A stretch of DNA of 64,000 nucleotides from assembly GCA_038087875.1 (NCBI GenBank), contig CM075997.1:2482001-2546000 (forward strand), written 5' to 3'. This DNA is from Malacoraja senta. Its lineage: Eukaryota. This document shows, one piece after another, positions 23,531 to 36,931 of the stretch. Position numbers and translations under genes: made by a program. Each line of letters starts with the position of its first letter. Positions within the stretch are counted from its first letter, which is position 1. The notes under the pieces are model-generated. The model was not told where the DNA came from. It made no database searches and saw only the letters and a list, made by a program, of their open reading frames with translations.

Positions 23531-24807
23531 GTCTATAGACACACTGAACTTTTATCTTCCGTTTTGTATTATGTTTACATATTCTGTTGTGCTGCAGCAA
23601 GCAAGAACTTCATTGTCCTATCTGGGACACATGACAATAAAACTCTCTTGACTAGACACTTATTTAGCATGAAGAATGTTTAAGAAGGAACTGCAAATGC
23701 TGGAAAAATCAAAGGTAGATAAAAATGCTGGAGAAACTCAGCAGGTGAGGCAGCATCTATGGAGCGAAGGAATAGGTGACGTTTCGGGTCGAGACCCTTC
23801 TGCATGAAGAAGATGTTTTTGAAGCACATATCAGGACCATGTCCACTATAAAAATGTAGCTAAAGGATGGTGTATGTGGAGGAAGGGTAGAGGTTGGTAG
23901 GAGATAGGTGGTGCCCACGACCGCACTCAGTAAATACCAGTAGAGTCGTGGGCAAAGGCTCACAAGAGGAACCTGGGACTATCATGCATGACCTGATACA
24001 TCAAAATAAGTGGCAGCTGTAGGGCATGCTGAGCACTTGAAGACAGGCTGGTCTGACGCTCTCTCCAGGGGAAGCGGAGACAGTTCCTGCCGCATTGCTC
24101 TTGTTTGTAGCATTTGCAATGCAGCACCGTATTGATCAAGGACCCGATGAACTCGCTTTAAAAGCTTGCAACAAAAATCAACATTTAAGGGAGCAGGAGT
24201 TTCCTAAAATCCAGCCAGGTGCACTGTCAATTTTGCAGTCCTAGCATTGTCAGAGCTAGCACAAAACACCATAGTGCTGCAGGCAGTAACTGTTAGTGTG
24301 GAGGAAGGAGCTGCAGATGCTGGTTTAAACCAAAGATAGACACAAAATGCTGGAGTAACTCAGCGGGTCAGGCAGCATCTCTGGAGAGAAGGAATGGGTG
24401 ACGGTTCGGGTCGAGACCCTTCTTCAGACTGATGTCAGGGGAGAGGGAAGATCAAGGAACTGTGACTGTAACTGTACTGTACTGTAGCTGTTACTCAGAC
24501 CAATATTCTTTTTCCAATAGCTATTAGCGACCAGAACTTCAAATACACTGTAAAAGCCAGGATGTCATCATAGTAATAGGAGAATCATAGTAATAAAAGA
24601 TTATTAACAACATTAAGTATAATCCACCAGCACGAATTGGGGATTGGCTAACACAGAGAGCAGGAGATCAAATGAAGATTCTTGATGTCAGATCAGTCTG
24701 AGTTACTCCAGCATTTTGTGTCTATCTTCAATTTAAACCAGCATCTGCCATTCCTTCCTACACATTTTGTGACTTTAAGACAGGCTACTAGCTACAATGT
24801 GGAGACT

Positions 24808-26373
24808 ATTGAAATTGACAAGGCATTGAAATGGACAAGGCATTGAAATGGACAAGGCATTGAAATGGACAAGGCATTGAAATGGACAAGGCATTGAAAT
24901 GGACAAGGCATTGAAATGGACAAGGCATTGAAATGGACAAGGCATTGAAATGGACAAGGCATTGAAATGGACAAGGCATTGAAATGGACAAGGCATTGAA
25001 ATGGACAAGGCATTGAAATGGACAAGGCATTGAAATGGACAAGGCATTGAAATGGACAAGGCATTGAAATGGACAAGGCATTGAAATGGACAAGGCATTG
25101 AAATGGACAAGGCATTGAAATGGACAAGGCATTGAAATGGACAAGGCATTGAAATGGACAAGGCATTGAAATGGACAAGGCATTGAAATGGACAAGGCAT
25201 TGAAATGGACAAGGCATTGAAATGGACAAGGCATTGAAATGGACAAGGCATTGAAATGGACAAGGCATTGAAATGGACAAGGCATTGAAATGGACAAGGC
25301 ATTGAAATGGACAAGGCATTGAAATGGACAAGGCATTGAAATGGACAAGGCATTGAAATGGACAAGGCATTGAAATGGACAAGGCATTGAAATGGACAAG
25401 GCATTGAAATGGACAAGGCATTGAAATGGACAAGGCATTGAAATGGACAAGGCATTGAAATGGACAAGGCATTGAAATGGACAAGGCATTGAAATGGACA
25501 AGGCATTGAAATGGACAAGGCATTGAAATGGACAAGGCATTGAAATGGACAAGGCATTGAAATGGACAAGGCATTGAAATGGACAAGGCATTGAAATGGA
25601 CAAGGCATTGAAATGGACAAGGCATTGAAATGGACAAGGCATTGAAATGGACAAGGCATTGAAATGGACAAGGCATTGAAATGGACAAGGCATTGAAATG
25701 GACAAGGCATTGAAATGGACAAGGCATTGAAATGGACAAGGCATTGAAATGGACAAGGCATTGAAATGGACAAGGCATTGAAATGGACAAGGCATTGAAA
25801 TGGACAAGGCATTGAAATGGACAAGGCATTGAAATGGACAAGGCATTGAAATGGACAAGGCATTGAAATGGACAAGGCATTGAAATGGACAAGGCATTGA
25901 AATGGACAAGGCATTGAAATGGACAAGGCATTGAAATGGACAAGGCATTGAAATGGACAAGGCATTGAAATGGACAAGGCATTGAAATGGACAAGGCATT
26001 GAAATGGACAAGGCATTGAAATGGACAAGGCATTGAAATGGACAAGGCATTGAAATGGACAAGGCATTGAAATGGACAAGGCATTGAAATGGACAAGGCA
26101 TTGAAATGGACAAGGCATTGAAATGGACAAGGCATTGAAATGGACAAGGCATTGAAATGGACAAGGCATTGAAATTGACAAGGCATTGAAATTGACAAGG
26201 CATTGAAATTGACAAGGCATTGAAATTGACAAGGCATTGAAATTGACAAGGCATTGAAATTGACAAGGCATTGAAATTGACAAGGCATTGAAATTGACAC
26301 GGCATTGAAATTGACACGGCATTGAAATTGACACGGCATGAAATTGACACGGCATTGAAATTGACAAGGCATT
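24808..26373. repeat. 17-bp minisatellite (ATTGAAATGGACAAGGC), about 92 units
   Basis: Directly visible tandem array with variant units only at the ends. Confidence 0.98.
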
Positions 26374-28193
26374 CGCTTGGATGGACAGTTTATTAAATAA
26401 TGTAACAAACAGCCTTTAGTATTTTTAGGTTGCAGTAGCAAAAATACATTTTTAGCTGTTAAAAAGAACTTCATGTTTGAAAACAACTCATTTCACAGTG
26501 ACAGCTGGGTGGTTGAAGCAAATCCCTTATTGGGTTATAGCGTACAATTGTCAATAACAGATACAAATCCTCCCCATGGTGCACTATAACGAGGGTTTAC
26601 TGTATATCAGACTTAAGTAAGGTGACCAAGCCTATGCATGATATTCCAGATGTGATCTCACCAGAAATATGTATGATTGGAATATAAGCTCAAAACACTC
26701 AGCAGGCCAGTCAGCATCTGTGGAAAGAGAAACAGTTAACGTTTCAGGTCCAGGAGAAAAAAACCCAATTAAATAAGTGTCAGACTGCAGGAAGGTTGGG
26801 GTTGGGTAACATTGGAAATATCTGTGTTAGGGTGAGACCGGACGACTTTATATGGCAGTTAAGGAGCAAGGCATCTCTGAAGACACACCTGAAGAAGGGT
26901 CTCGACCTGAAACGGCACCTGTTCCTTCTCTCCGGAGATGTTGCCTGTCTCGCGGAGTAACTCTAGTTTTTTGTGTCTATCTTCGGTTTAAACCAGCATC
27001 TGCAGTTCCTTCCTATACATCTCTACTCCTGTGTTCAAATCTTCTTTCAGTAAAGGCCAACATTCCTGCTGCCTTCTTTAATCTTTGCTCTATGTATATG
27101 TCAACTTTCAATGATCAATTATTTCATTCTCTTACAATTTAAAAAAAAACCTTGCCTCTTTTTCACTACAGAAATGGATGATCTCATATATTTCAAATTT
27201 ATGTTCCACGGGCCACATATCCCAAGGCAGCTTTGCCCACAGTGCCATTCAGTTTTGTATCATCAACGTACTTGGGTATACTATAGATACACGCAAAGTG
27301 CTGGACTAACTCAGCGGTCATTCTTCAGACTGATTGCAAGGGGGAGCGCGAAAAAAACTGGGAGAGAAGAGGGGACAGACAAATCACAGCCGGCAACAGA
27401 TGACCTCAGGCGAGGAGGTTCCCTGATAGGCAGATTTTTAGATAGAAACATATTTGAGCCCAAAAGATACCTAAAATAGGATGCACTATGCTAAAATTGG
27501 ATATACTATAGATAGACACACAAAGTTGGAGTAACTCAGCGGGTCAGACAGCACCTGTGGAGAAAAGGAATAGATGATGTTTCTGGTCGAGACCCTTCTT
27601 CAGGCTGCTATATTCTATACTTGCTATAGTATATAATATACTTGGTCTCTCATTGAAGTCATTGACTAACAACTGGGGCTCAATGCCGATTCCTGCAGCA
27701 ACCCACCCCGATGTGAAAACAAACTGTTCAAACTACTTCTTGTGGCAGCTCATTCCATATTCTCACCACCATTAATTTTGGGAAGCAGGAGGCTAGAATT
27801 CAAGGAACATGGAGATCTCAGATGGTTTTATATATGAAAGAGGTTACAGAAATAGGTAGGCAGGCGGTGGATGGAAGAGGGAATCAATGCCGGTGAGTGG
27901 ACTGAGGGCTCAACTCCCAAGCATTCTCTTGTCCTTCAGTATGATTGTGAAGATGTACAGCAAGAATCTTACTGAACTGTTGTCGAGGCACAAACGTTGT
28001 AGATAAATGGTTCTTATATACTAGGGCACACCCCTATACCCTGTGACTCATTCCCGTGACTGCCGAGGATTCGCAAAGCGAGAGTGGCCTAACCACTAGG
28101 TGCCGCCACACTGTATACAAAAAACGGAATTTCAATGTACTTAGGTACATGTGACAATAAAGTTTAGTTTAGGTTTTCACACACCGTCTATAT

Positions 28194-28549
28194 CAAAGAC
28201 CCTATAGCAAGCAAGATAGATCACTCGACGAAAAAAAAATAGTACGTTCATTGGCAGATTCATGGGTAATTTTCGGCCCCATTTTCCGTAACCGCGCGGA
28301 GACGGAAGCCGGTTACGGAAACATCCTCGTAAAAATAAAAGTTCTTTGGTAAAAAATCTTCTCATTTTCAGAATTATAATTTATTAACACAAACTGTTCC
28401 CCCGCAACGTTGATTACACTGCGAGTCGGGTCGGGTCGGGTTGCTGAAATGGATGAAAAAAAGGCCCACGTTCCGCTCCATTGTGTACTACACGTCAGCC
28501 CATTGCATTTAGCAGGAGTGGTCTATCTTGCTCCGCTATAGGATCTTTG
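28194..28549. mobile_element. hAT-like MITE (same family)
   Basis: Same TIR and interior, 8-bp TSD GTCTATAT. Confidence 0.9.
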
Positions 28550-28719
28550 GTCTATATCTCTACATTCCCTCTCCCCTGACTCTCAGTCTGAAGAAGGGTC
28601 TTGACCCGAAACTTCACCCATTTCTTCTCTCCAGAGATGCTGTGTGTCCCGCTGAGTTACTCCAGTGTTTTGTGTCTATCTTCGATGTAAACCAGCATCT
28701 GCAGTTCCTTCCTACAAAG

Positions 28720-29125
28720 TTTAGTTTATTATTATCAGTTATCACATTCACCAAGGTACAGTGAAAAGCTTTTTTGGTACGTGTTATCCAGTCAGCGGAA
28801 AGACTATATATGATTACAATCGAGCCGTCCACAGTGTACAGTTACAGGATAAAAGGAATAACGTTTAGTGCAAGATAAGGTCCAGTGAAGTCCAATTAAA
28901 GATAGTCTGAGGATCTCCAATGAGGTAGATGGTAGGTCAGGACTACTCTCTAGTTGTTGGTAGGATGGTTCAGTTGCCTGATAACAGCTGGGAAGAAACT
29001 GTCTCAGAATCTGGAGGAGCGTTTTCACACTTCCGTACCTCTTGCCTGATGGGAGAGGGGAGAAGAGGGAGTAACCAAGGTGAGACTGGTCCTTGATTAT
29101 GCTGCTGGCCTTGCCGAGGCAGCGT
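28720..29125 (-). mobile_element. Rex1-type LINE 3' fragment (related copy at ~40590-40950)
   Basis: SRCLGKASSIIKDQSH...PLPSGKRY. Confidence 0.75.
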
Positions 29126-29779
29126 GAAGTACATATGTACCATTGAACCATTCAAATTTAATTACTCAAATGTAATTTTGGAATTGAAATGTTGCAAAGT
29201 GTGGTTGTTGTTGGTCGGCCAACATGGGGATTCAGTGCAATATAAAGCACAGGCATTAGAGTTTTGGATGAGGTCCAGGTTGTGTGAGAAGATGGCAGAC
29301 GGGTCAGGAGAGCATTGCAATAATCAGGCATAAATGATGGTTTTAGCAGTTGAGCAGAGACAGAGGAGGATAATGCAGTGTCAACATTGAAAAGCCATGG
29401 AGTGGAGTATCAGTAACCTTGTGGCAAGAAACATGAGGGAACAGTAGATGGGTCGTGTTGGCTAGGTGAGCTTGGAGAGGGGAGATAGTAGCGAAAGAGA
29501 CATCAGCATGTTAGGCACAAGAAAATCTTAGATAAACTCTAACCCATGGGACAGCACAGTGGCATAACTGGTCTAGCCGCTGATATGAAATGCCAGAGAC
29601 CTGGGTTCGATCCTGACCTCCGGTGCTTTCTGTGAGATGCATACACACTTCCCTTGTGTCCATCTAGATTTCTTCCAAGATGTGTGGGCTGGTAGGTTAA
29701 ATGGCCACAATAAATGACCCTGGGTGTGTAGATGGGTGGTAGAGTCTGAAGGGGAAGAAAGTTGAAGGGAATGTGGGGG

Positions 29780-30878
29780 GAGTTTGCAAATGACACCACT
29801 GTGGTGGGCCAGATCACGAACAATGATGAGACAGAGTAGGGGAAGGAGATAGAGAACTTGGTAACATAGTGTCAGGCCTCATCGTCTATGTCAGCAAGAC
29901 GAAAGAGCTCATTATCGTGGAGTACGTGCTCCACTCATCATCAATGGTGCCGAAGTGGAAATGGTTGAGAGCTTCATGTTCCTTGGCGCTAATATAACCA
30001 ACGATCTGTTGTAGACCGACCGAATTGATGCAACAACCAAGAAGGCACACCAACGCCTCTACTTCCAGATGAGACTGTGGAAATTCGGCATGTCTCCAAA
30101 CTGCAACAGGTGCACCATAGAAAGCACAAAAAAGCTGGAGAAACTCAGCGGGTGCAGCAGCATCTATGGAGCGAAGGAAATAGGCAACGTTTCGGGCTGA
30201 AACCAAAGGGTTTAGGCCCGAAACGTTGCCTATTTCCTTCGCTCCATAGATGGTGCTGCACCCTCTGAGTTTCTCCAGCTTTTTTGTCTACCTTCGATTT
30301 TCCAGCATCTGCAGTTCCTTCTTAAACACCATAGAAAGTATACTGTCGAGTTGCAGCAGAGCTTAGTTCGGGTACAACTCTGCCTAAGTCCACAAGAAAT
30401 TGCAGACAGTTGTAGCTGTAGCCCAGACAATTACACAGACCAGACATTCCTCCATTGACTCCATCAACGCTTCACGCTGCCTTGGAAAAGCAGCCATCAT
30501 AATCAAAGGCTTGTCGCACCTCAGTAATTCTTTCTTCTCTCTGCTCCCATCCGGCAGAAGGTATAGATGCTTGAAAGCGGGCACCACCGGATTCTGGAAC
30601 AGCTTCTCCCCCTCAGTTATCAGGCTTCTTAATGGTCCTTCCATAAGCAAGTCCGATTCACCTCCACCCCAATGTGGACATTGGACTTTGTCTATGGAAA
30701 TGATGTGCTACAATGCTGAGAACTATATCCTGGACACTGTATCTTTCCCTTTGCTCCATCTATTGTACTTGAGTTTGACTTGATTTATGTCTAGGATATC
30801 TGATCGGTTTGGATAGCATGCCAAACAAAGCCTTACACTGTACCACACGGTACACGTGACAATAATCCTAAACCTAAA
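29780..30878 (+). mobile_element. Degraded Rex1-type LINE interrupted by a Penelope-derived insert (~30126-30327)
   Basis: FANDTTVVG, KKAHQRLYF and LPSGRRYR motifs. Confidence 0.75.
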
Positions 30879-30913
30879 CAATAATGGTATTGATGTTGGA
30901 TTAGTGTAGATGG

Positions 30914-31047
30914 GGGGTGGGAGATTGCAACCTTCACGTGGTCCGCCCTGTTTCGACTAATGCAATCAACTCGACGTGCACAAAGGGAAGATCAAATAGA
31001 ACAAGTTGTCCAACAACTTTAGGCTGTGCACGCCACACGAAAGAAGA
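30914..31047 (+). mobile_element. Ribozyme-headed short retroposon, copy B (ribozyme 30914-30967)
   Basis: TSD AGTGT(A/G)GATGG (30903-30913 / 31048-31058); same fold with J4/2 C-TAA. Confidence 0.88.
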
Positions 31048-31103
31048 AGTGTGGATGGGTGGCTGACAGCCGGCACGAACATGGTGGGCTGAAGGGCCTT
31101 TAT

Positions 31104-31657
31104 GAATGAATATGAATATAACTTTAACTTTAATTGTCATTCAGGTATACACATAGACACAGTGCACATTGAACGAAATTTCGTTGCCTTGACTCTTCAA
31201 AGTAACAGCAGAATACACCATTTCTATCAGGCGATCAGTAAAAGTGCATTAGTGTGTCCATAAAAAGTGCTTCATGTGCATAGTTAAAAAAAGGAAAGTT
31301 TATAAAATTGGCAGTGTATAAGAAAGTTTTTTGCATTGGTTTGAGTGTGAGTTCAATAATCTTATGGCCTGGGGGATGAAGCTGTTGCAGAACCTGGTTG
31401 TCCGGCCCTTCATGCTGCGGTACCTCTTCCCGGAGTTTAGCAGTGTAAACAGTCCATATTGTGGGTGTGTGGGGGCTCTGGTAATGCCCTTAGCTCTTGA
31501 CAGACGGCGTTTGTAACCAATGTCCATGATGGAAGGAAGAGAAGTCCCAATGATTTTTTCCGCTGTCCTCACCACTCTCTGAAGGCACTTCCAGTCCGCA
31601 GCTGTACAGCCGCCGCACCACATAGAGATGCAGCTGGTCATGACTGATTCAATGATT
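31104..31657 (-). mobile_element. Rex1-type LINE 3' fragment lying between ~435-bp direct repeats
   Basis: ORF 31300-31641 LQRVVRTAEKIIG...SGKRYRS...NSFIPQAIRLLN. Confidence 0.82.
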
Positions 31658-31900
31658 CAATGTGGACATTGGACTTTGTCTATGGAAATGATGTGCTACA
31701 ATGCTGAGAACTATATCCTGGACACTGTATCTTTCCCTTTGCTCCATCTATTGTACTTGAGTTTGACTTGATTTATGTATAGGATGTCTGATCGGTTTGG
31801 ATAGCATGCCAAACAAAGCCTTACACTGTACCACACGGTACACGTGATAATAATCCTAACCTAAACAAAAATGGTATTGATGTTGGATTAGTGTAGATGG

Positions 31901-32037
31901 GGGGTGGAAGATTGCAACCTTCACGTGGTCCGCCCTGTTTCGACTAATGCAATCAACTCGACGTGCACAAAGGGAAGATCAAATAGAACAAGTTGTCCAA
32001 CAACTTTAGGCTGTGCACGCCACACGAAAGACGAAGA
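31901..32037 (+). mobile_element. Ribozyme-headed short retroposon, copy C (local duplicate of B; ribozyme 31901-31954)
   Basis: Lies within the ~435-bp direct duplication and has the same flanks as copy B; J1/2 is AA. Confidence 0.88.
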
Positions 32038-32865
32038 AGTGTGGATGGGTGGCTGACAGCCGGCACGAACATGGTGGGCCGAAGGGCCTTTATCCATGCT
32101 ACATTGCTCTATGATTCTATTACTCGGTTGTGCAGACAGCTTCATCTCTGTGAACCCCTCAATAGCCAGATCCAGGGAATGTATAAGGCCGACAAGGGAT
32201 TTGGGAATGTGTCTCTTTAGCAGACGGTGGAAGCTGGCTGGGCTTACATCCCAAGATGAAGCTGGAATGCTGAGCAGTTTGGGCAGATGGGAGGTGCCCC
32301 CAAGATGCTCAGTTTGAACCCGCCGCTTTTGTAACAGATTTCTCTGATTTCCCTGTTTATGTATTCCACCATTTCCTCCAGTTTCAGTATTCAATTCCCA
32401 CCAGGATCTAGTTTAATTCTATTTCTCCGTCCAACCTAATCCGATACCGCCCCCTGCTTCCTTCCCCGACAGCTGCATTCTAACACTGCACTGCGCTCAC
32501 AGTGCAGTGTTAGAATGGTCTTGCTTCCTTTGTGTAACATAGAGTATTATCTCGCAAGGAAGAAAGCAGGTAATATCCAACAGGCTATCCGCTAATATTA
32601 CGGGGCTGGCTCAGGTTAAATTGTGAGCTCCACAAATGTTGCTTCCATAAAAGCCCGGACCAGTCCCGCAGCACATGCAAACTCCACACAGACAGCACCA
32701 AAGGTCAGGATCGAACCTGGGTAACTGGCACTATGAGGCAGCAGATCTACCAGTTACATCACTGTGCAGCCTACATTGGGGAAGAGAAAAGGGATTCACT
32801 TCAGGTAGGAGTAAATGATCCTACAGCACTACTTCAAAGATGGGCTGCTGTTTTCAGCCTGGTAT

Positions 32866-33350
32866 TCTTTTTATTTTATTTTTTTAATTTTTATTCATTA
32901 GAAGTGTACAAAAGTATAAACCGCGGCATATGACATAATACTGTTATTGTACAGCTTCAATTTTGACTTTTAGCTAAAGATGAGAAAGAAGAAGAGAGAA
33001 AAAGCAAGAGAGAGAGAGAAAGTGAACGTGCAAGAATAGACGCCTAGACTACCAAATTGGTGGAGCCGAAGAGTGAGTAAAAGAAATAAGAAAAACGTAG
33101 AGAAATAAAAAGACAAAAATAGAAAGAAAAACAAAAAGTGATGATATACCTGGCTCGCATCCCTCCCCACCCGTCAGCCAACCCGTAATTCAATTTAATT
33201 CCCAAATTGTGTTGCACCATACCATCCTAATGTATCAATGAATGGTGTCCATATCTTCGAAAATTGCTCTGGTTTTTCTGCTAAGACAAGTCTCATATTT
33301 TCAAGATGTAGCGTCTCAGACATGTTTGTAATCCACATTTTAAGAGTAGG
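32866..33350 (-). mobile_element. L1-clade LINE 3' end (related tail at ~42880-43140)
   Basis: PTLKMWITNMSETLHLE...FSKIWTPFI, then pyrimidine-rich UTR and A-rich tail. Confidence 0.65.
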
Positions 33351-36300
33351 GGCCCAGCCTGGTATTCTGGCTAATGATTAACTCTTAACCGATATCGAGA
33401 GAGATTATTCGATCACTGGTGCGAATCCCTAGACCTCTCAACCTCGGACAGTTGTGGACGCTGGATAAATGGAGGTAAACAAACTTTTGAAAGATCAGAG
33501 ATTTTTGAAGGCTACGGGGATCTGGCCCAGAGAGGTCTTCAGATGGATCAGCCATGATGATACCGAATGGCAGAATAGTCATGAAGGGCAGAGTGGCCTG
33601 CTCATAAGTTCTTCTGTGTTCTTGATTCTTACATGATCTTGCAGTGCAATCCCCCACGTTTCCTCCATTATAACAATGGCTATACTTTAAAATATTTCAG
33701 GGGTTGTAAACCAATTTAGGACTGCTGATGTTATGAATGCCATTATGTAAAGACTTACAGGTTTGTAGGTTATTTGGCTTGGTATAAATGTAATTTATCC
33801 GCAGTGTGTGTAGGATAGTGTTAGTGTGCGGGGATCACTGGTCGGCACGGACTCGGTGGGCTGAAGGGCCTGTTTCCGCGCTGTATCTCTAATCTAAACT
33901 AAACTAAAGCCTTGACTCCCCAGTAAACACCCCAAGCAGCAAATATTTATAACTTTACTTGGAGCACCCATCTCCATGAATGCCTCGGAGATCAGCTAAC
34001 TCAGAGCGAAGTTGTTCAATGCAGTCTCATTGTATTGATTTCCCGATACTGCAGAGTCCTCTTAAAGCTGCAGTATCTCACAGTACACAGGCACAGCACA
34101 CTGACTAATTTGTAAAAGACTGTTAAGGGCCTGTCCCACTTACACAACCCTTTACAGGCGACTGCCGGCACCCGTGATAGGCTGCCGAAATTTTCAACAT
34201 GTTGAAAATTCAGCGGAGCCCAGAAAGACGCTACGACTCTTTGGTGACCTCTCACGACCATAGGAGACCTCTCACGACCATACGGACGACCCCTCGCAAC
34301 ATGTCGCGGGTGACCTCTCATGACCATACTTATTACAACATAAAGAGGCCAGTTGGCCCTTTGTGTCAATGCTGGCTCCAAAAGAGCAATCCCATCTAAC
34401 TCTGACCCCTTCTATTTTCCTGTACCCCTGCAATTTCTCACTGCCCTCTCTCTCTCTCTCTCTCTCGCACACACCCAATCAAATTCCCTTCAAATCTTTG
34501 CCACTTTCCTTGGAGTCATTTGGCAGCACATCTTTAGGATGAGGGAGGAGCCAGCGTGTCCAGGATTAAATATATTCAAGATGGAGTTAGGTATTATCCT
34601 CAGGACGAGAGGGATCAAGGAATATGCAGAAAGGCTGGGTCAGTGTGCTGAATTTGGAGATCAGCTATGATCAGCTTGAATGGTGGAATGGGCTCAAAGG
34701 GCCGAATGGCCTACTCAGCTCTCCGTTTTCTTTGTAAACCCAAGTGATCACAGGGGCTTCATGCAAACTCCACACAGACAGCATCAAATCTGTGGGGCTG
34801 GAGCTGGAAGGCAGCAGCAGCACTACCTGATGCTCCATCATGCCACATTATACTGCAATGTTGAGTGAAGGTTAAGAAATGATTAGGTATTAGGGAGAAA
34901 TCTGCTGCTCTTCTAAGAATAACACCATGGGGACTTTTACCTGGAAGAGCAAAGTGGAAGTGATTTACTACCTCCCCTTACCTGACAGGTGGCATCAATG
35001 ATTGAGCAACACCAGGAGGGATTATACTAGATTTAGTTTTATTATTGTCACGTGTACTGAGCTGCAGTGAAGTGATTTATTTATTTTTGTCCCTGGAATG
35101 CCACACAAACCTGAAACGGCAATTCGAAAGTGAGGAAGCTTCAGGCAACACTGAACAACAGCAGTAATAACCTTACATTCATATAGAACTATCAGCATTG
35201 CAATAGTCCTGCTGAGTTACTCCAGCATTTTGTGTCTATCAACCATGCAAAAGCACCTCAAGGTCCTTCACACCGGGGCATAACTGAACCAAAAAATAGG
35301 GAGTCACATAGTGGTACATTAAAGCACCTATGAAGGTACTCACTGTTTGGGTGGGTGACATTTTAGTCTTTGACATTTTCTCCTCAGTGCAGCCAAGCTG
35401 AACTGACGCAGCAGAGATCGGCAATAAAGCCTGGCACTTGCCAACCCTCCATGGCACAAAAATCACATCCCACAAATCATTTATCACTTGGCCATCAGGG
35501 GAAGTTACGGTTTGCAAAATATTGAACCAAGTACAACCTGCTAACATTGTGACAAACAATTAATCAGTCTGCATTATGATTTGTGAGAACCTGTGAATCC
35601 ATTTTGGATTCCAGACACGATGCAACAACATGGAATTGTGTACAAAAGATTAGGAAGCTGAGTAGTTGTTGATTACAAACGTCACTGTTTTCTTTCTCAT
35701 TATTCAACTCGGACCCATTTTCCTACAAAATGCGGGAATCCTAGTTTCTCAGGGAAAAATGTATTTCATTGATAAGACAATTGATTTGAGAAGTACTAGG
35801 AAAGTCATTTTATGGTAAAACCCCAAACCCAGGAAATAATTCTAGTTTTTAAATTAGCACGACACGCTACGAATCCCAGTTGTGGAGACACTGGTATCGC
35901 TGTCTCATTGTAGGACATTGATCATTCTTTTTTATTCTGGATTTTAATTCATGTATTGTGTTTTTTAAATATATAATTATAATGCTTTTATAAGTGATAT
36001 ACTAAGATTTTATACTAAGATTGAAGGGTTTTGGCCCAAAACGTTGCCTATTTCCTTCGCTCCATAGATGCTGCCTCACCCGCTGAGTTTCTCCAGCATT
36101 TTTGTCTACCTAAGATTTTATATGTATTTTATGATGTTTTTATATGCAATGTATTTTTATGTAATGTTGTCCCTTGTCTGGACCTTGAGTCCGAAATAAA
36201 CTTTATTTCAATTTGACCAATTTCCCCCCTGGGATAAATAAAGTTCTATCGTATAGTAATTCGCCACAGAACAGAAATTCCTCCCGAGTAAATGGGTCCT

Positions 36301-36931
36301 TGATAGCCACAAAATGCCGGAGTAACTCAGCAGGACAGGCAGCATCTCTGGAGAGAAGGAATGGGTGATGTTTTGGGTCGAGACCCTCTTTCAGACTGAG
36401 AGTCAGGGGAGAGAGAGACTTAAAGATATGGGAGGGTAAAGTGTGAAAACGAGAGATCAAAGCAGGAGATGAAGCTCAAGGAAAATGTAGATGAGGGGAA
36501 GGTGACAACGAGGCCTCCTGTCAGTAATATTTGATCAGGAGGACAGTTAAACTAGTCGGAGAACTAGGATGGGGGAGGGATGGAGAGAGAGGGTTACTTG
36601 AAGTTAGAGAGGTCAATATTCATACCATTGGGTCGTAAGCTGCCCAAGCAAAATATGAGGTGCTGTTCCTCCAATTTGCATTGGGCCTTGTATGGACATT
36701 TGTATGCACACATTGCATAAAGGGAATTTTATACACAGTAACCTGACCAATGAAGGCAAAAGCTTGCCAAATGCCTTTTTCACTAGCTTGTTCATCCGCA
36801 TCGCCGCCTCATGAAACTGTGTACCAAGGTTCACAGTTTACCTGTTCTACAGCACCAACCATTTACTGTCCAGCCCTGGATGTTCTTAACAAAAATGGTG
36901 TAAGTTCTCTCATGCTGCACACTTCATCTTT

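Noticed and set aside
24808..26373. CRISPR-like array
   Set aside because: No spacers, and the context is eukaryotic.
24775..26486. Three 514-564 aa minus-strand ORFs
   Set aside because: Artefact of a stop-free 17-bp tandem repeat read in all three frames.
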